From Ignavibacteriota bacterium (GTDB taxonomy: Bacteria; Bacteroidota; Ignavibacteria; UBA10030; CAVZMI01), in assembly GCA_963776275.1 (NCBI GenBank), contig CAVZMI010000006.1, forward strand, positions 1 to 64,000: a stretch of DNA of 64,000 bases, read 5' to 3'. The position numbers and the translations under genes are program-made. This document shows positions 62,765 to 64,000 of the stretch, one piece after another. Numbering within the stretch: position 1 is the first letter of the stretch; each line of letters begins with the position of its first letter. The notes beneath the pieces were generated by a model. That model did no database searches, was not told the origin of the DNA, and was given only the letters and a program-made list of their open reading frames with translations.

Positions 62765-63574
62765 ATGGTCAACCATCATTTTCTCGAGACACTCGATGCC
62801 AATAATGGCAAGTTTTCAATTTACCTTCCTTCCAAACCGAAGGCCCAGCAATTCGTCGATCAACTGATTCATTTTCTTTTCCCGATTACTGCCGGAGTGA
62901 GTTTATCTATCCAGCAGCTTGAATTACGACTGATGCATCTCCGACTGGAATATGAAGAATTACTCGAACCCCTCGCCTGCTATTTCAAACATCCGCTGAC
63001 AGAGCTCACGGATAGTTATTTCAACAATCTGCCCGTCGCTTATGAACTCCTGTTGAAAGATGCGAAGGCAATCGAAGAATTCGATCCGGCTGCCTACTCA
63101 ATCGAAGAGATCATCATTTCATATCCCGGATTCTATGCCATCGCCGTACACAGATTGGCGCATCATATGTACACGCTGGAGATCCCCATTCTCCCACGCG
63201 TGATCTCGGAATATGCCCACAGCCTAACGGGTATCGACATCCATCCGGGAGCAAGAATTGGCGAGTCGTTTTTTATCGATCACGGAACAGGCATCGTCAT
63301 CGGTGAAACGACAGATATTGGGGCCAATGTGAAGATGTACCAGGGTGTGACGCTGGGGGCACTCAGCGTGAAGAAATTGCTTGCTAATAAGAAACGTCAT
63401 CCCACAATCGAGGATAATGTTATTATTTATTCTGGAAGCACAATCCTCGGAGGCGACACGGTCATCGGGCATGATTCGATCATCGGCGGGAACGTATGGC
63501 TCACGGAAAGCGTTGAACCATATACAGTTGTTTACAACAAGCATGAAGTCAGCGTACGAAATACAAAAGGTTGA
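62765..63574 (+). CDS. cysE: Serine O-acetyltransferase
   Basis: DPAA..EEII.SYPG..A...[39 protein letters not shown]. Confidence 0.95.
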   Translation: MVNHHFLETLDANNGKFSIYLPSKPKAQQFVDQLIHFLFPITAGVSLSIQQLELRLMHLRLEYEELLEPLACYFKHPLTELTDSYFNNLPVAYELLLKDAKAIEEFDPAAYSIEEIIISYPGFYAIAVHRLAHHMYTLEIPILPRVISEYAHSLTGIDIHPGARIGESFFIDHGTGIVIGETTDIGANVKMYQGVTLGALSVKKLLANKKRHPTIEDNVIIYSGSTILGGDTVIGHDSIIGGNVWLTESVEPYTVVYNKHEVSVRNTKG

Positions 63575-63618
63575 TATCCGAATATTATAACCAGTTGTCA
63601 AGAATATGAAGGTGCAGC

Positions 63619-64000
63619 ATGAAAGCGAACAATATACTGGAAATCATAGGCCGGACACCTCACGTGAAGATCAACAGGCTTTTCCCTGCCGGTGTCGAAG
63701 TATGGATGAAACTTGAGCGGGCCAATCCCGGGGGAAGCATCAAAGACCGCATAGGTTTGTCGCTAATCGAGGATGCAGAGAAGAAGGGCTATCTGAATAA
63801 AGACAGCGTGATCATCGAGCCGACTTCCGGAAATACCGGTATCGGTCTGGCCATGGTCGCAGCCGTCAAGGGCTATAAAATAATTCTCGTGATGCCCGAG
63901 TCGATGTCGGTTGAACGTCGCAAGTTGATGTCTCTTTATGGAGCTAAATTTGAGCTCACTCCGCGCGAAAAAGGAATGAAAGGAGCCATCGAGCGGGCAT
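63619..64000 (+). CDS. cysK: Cysteine synthase A (partial, runs off the window)
   Basis: [51 protein letters not shown]. Not in the ORF track. Confidence 0.96.
   Translation, partial: MKANNILEIIGRTPHVKINRLFPAGVEVWMKLERANPGGSIKDRIGLSLIEDAEKKGYLNKDSVIIEPTSGNTGIGLAMVAAVKGYKIILVMPESMSVERRKLMSLYGAKFELTPREKGMKGAIERA

Overview
64-kb bacterial chromosome segment, most consistent with an Ignavibacteriota/Bacteroidota-related organism (T9SS C-terminal sorting domain, PorV-like barrel, DUF4292-EnvC cluster); taxonomy is inference. Most of it is housekeeping: serS, a heterodimeric ABC exporter, cpoB, envC, lptD, ROK kinase, rarA, ftsB, maeB, mntH, asd, lysA, xerD, 7TM-HD, rluD, lspA, dksA, ileS, PNP, divIVA, yggS, aroE, larE, a multiheme cytochrome, mutS, cysE and cysK. 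About ten single-base frameshifts in conserved genes suggest uncorrected sequencing error. No tRNA, rRNA, cas gene or transposase was seen. Best leads: (1) a probably leaderless 31-aa polycysteine sORF whose Cys codons form the 5' arm of an intrinsic terminator just upstream of cysE-cysK, a candidate cysteine-sensing attenuator; (2) a candidate trans-envelope signalling locus: membrane CHASE2-sigma54 activator, a consensus -24/-12 promoter driving a structured RNA, then a lipoprotein, a PorV-like barrel-transglutaminase fusion and a FecR-like protein; (3) an AT-rich secreted-protein cassette with a MepA-like peptidoglycan endopeptidase and a small stand-alone T9SS-CTD protein; (4) an orphan type I-C CRISPR repeat-like sequence fused to hairpins in three degenerate tandem units, plus a CTAG-bounded MITE candidate and several REP-like families.
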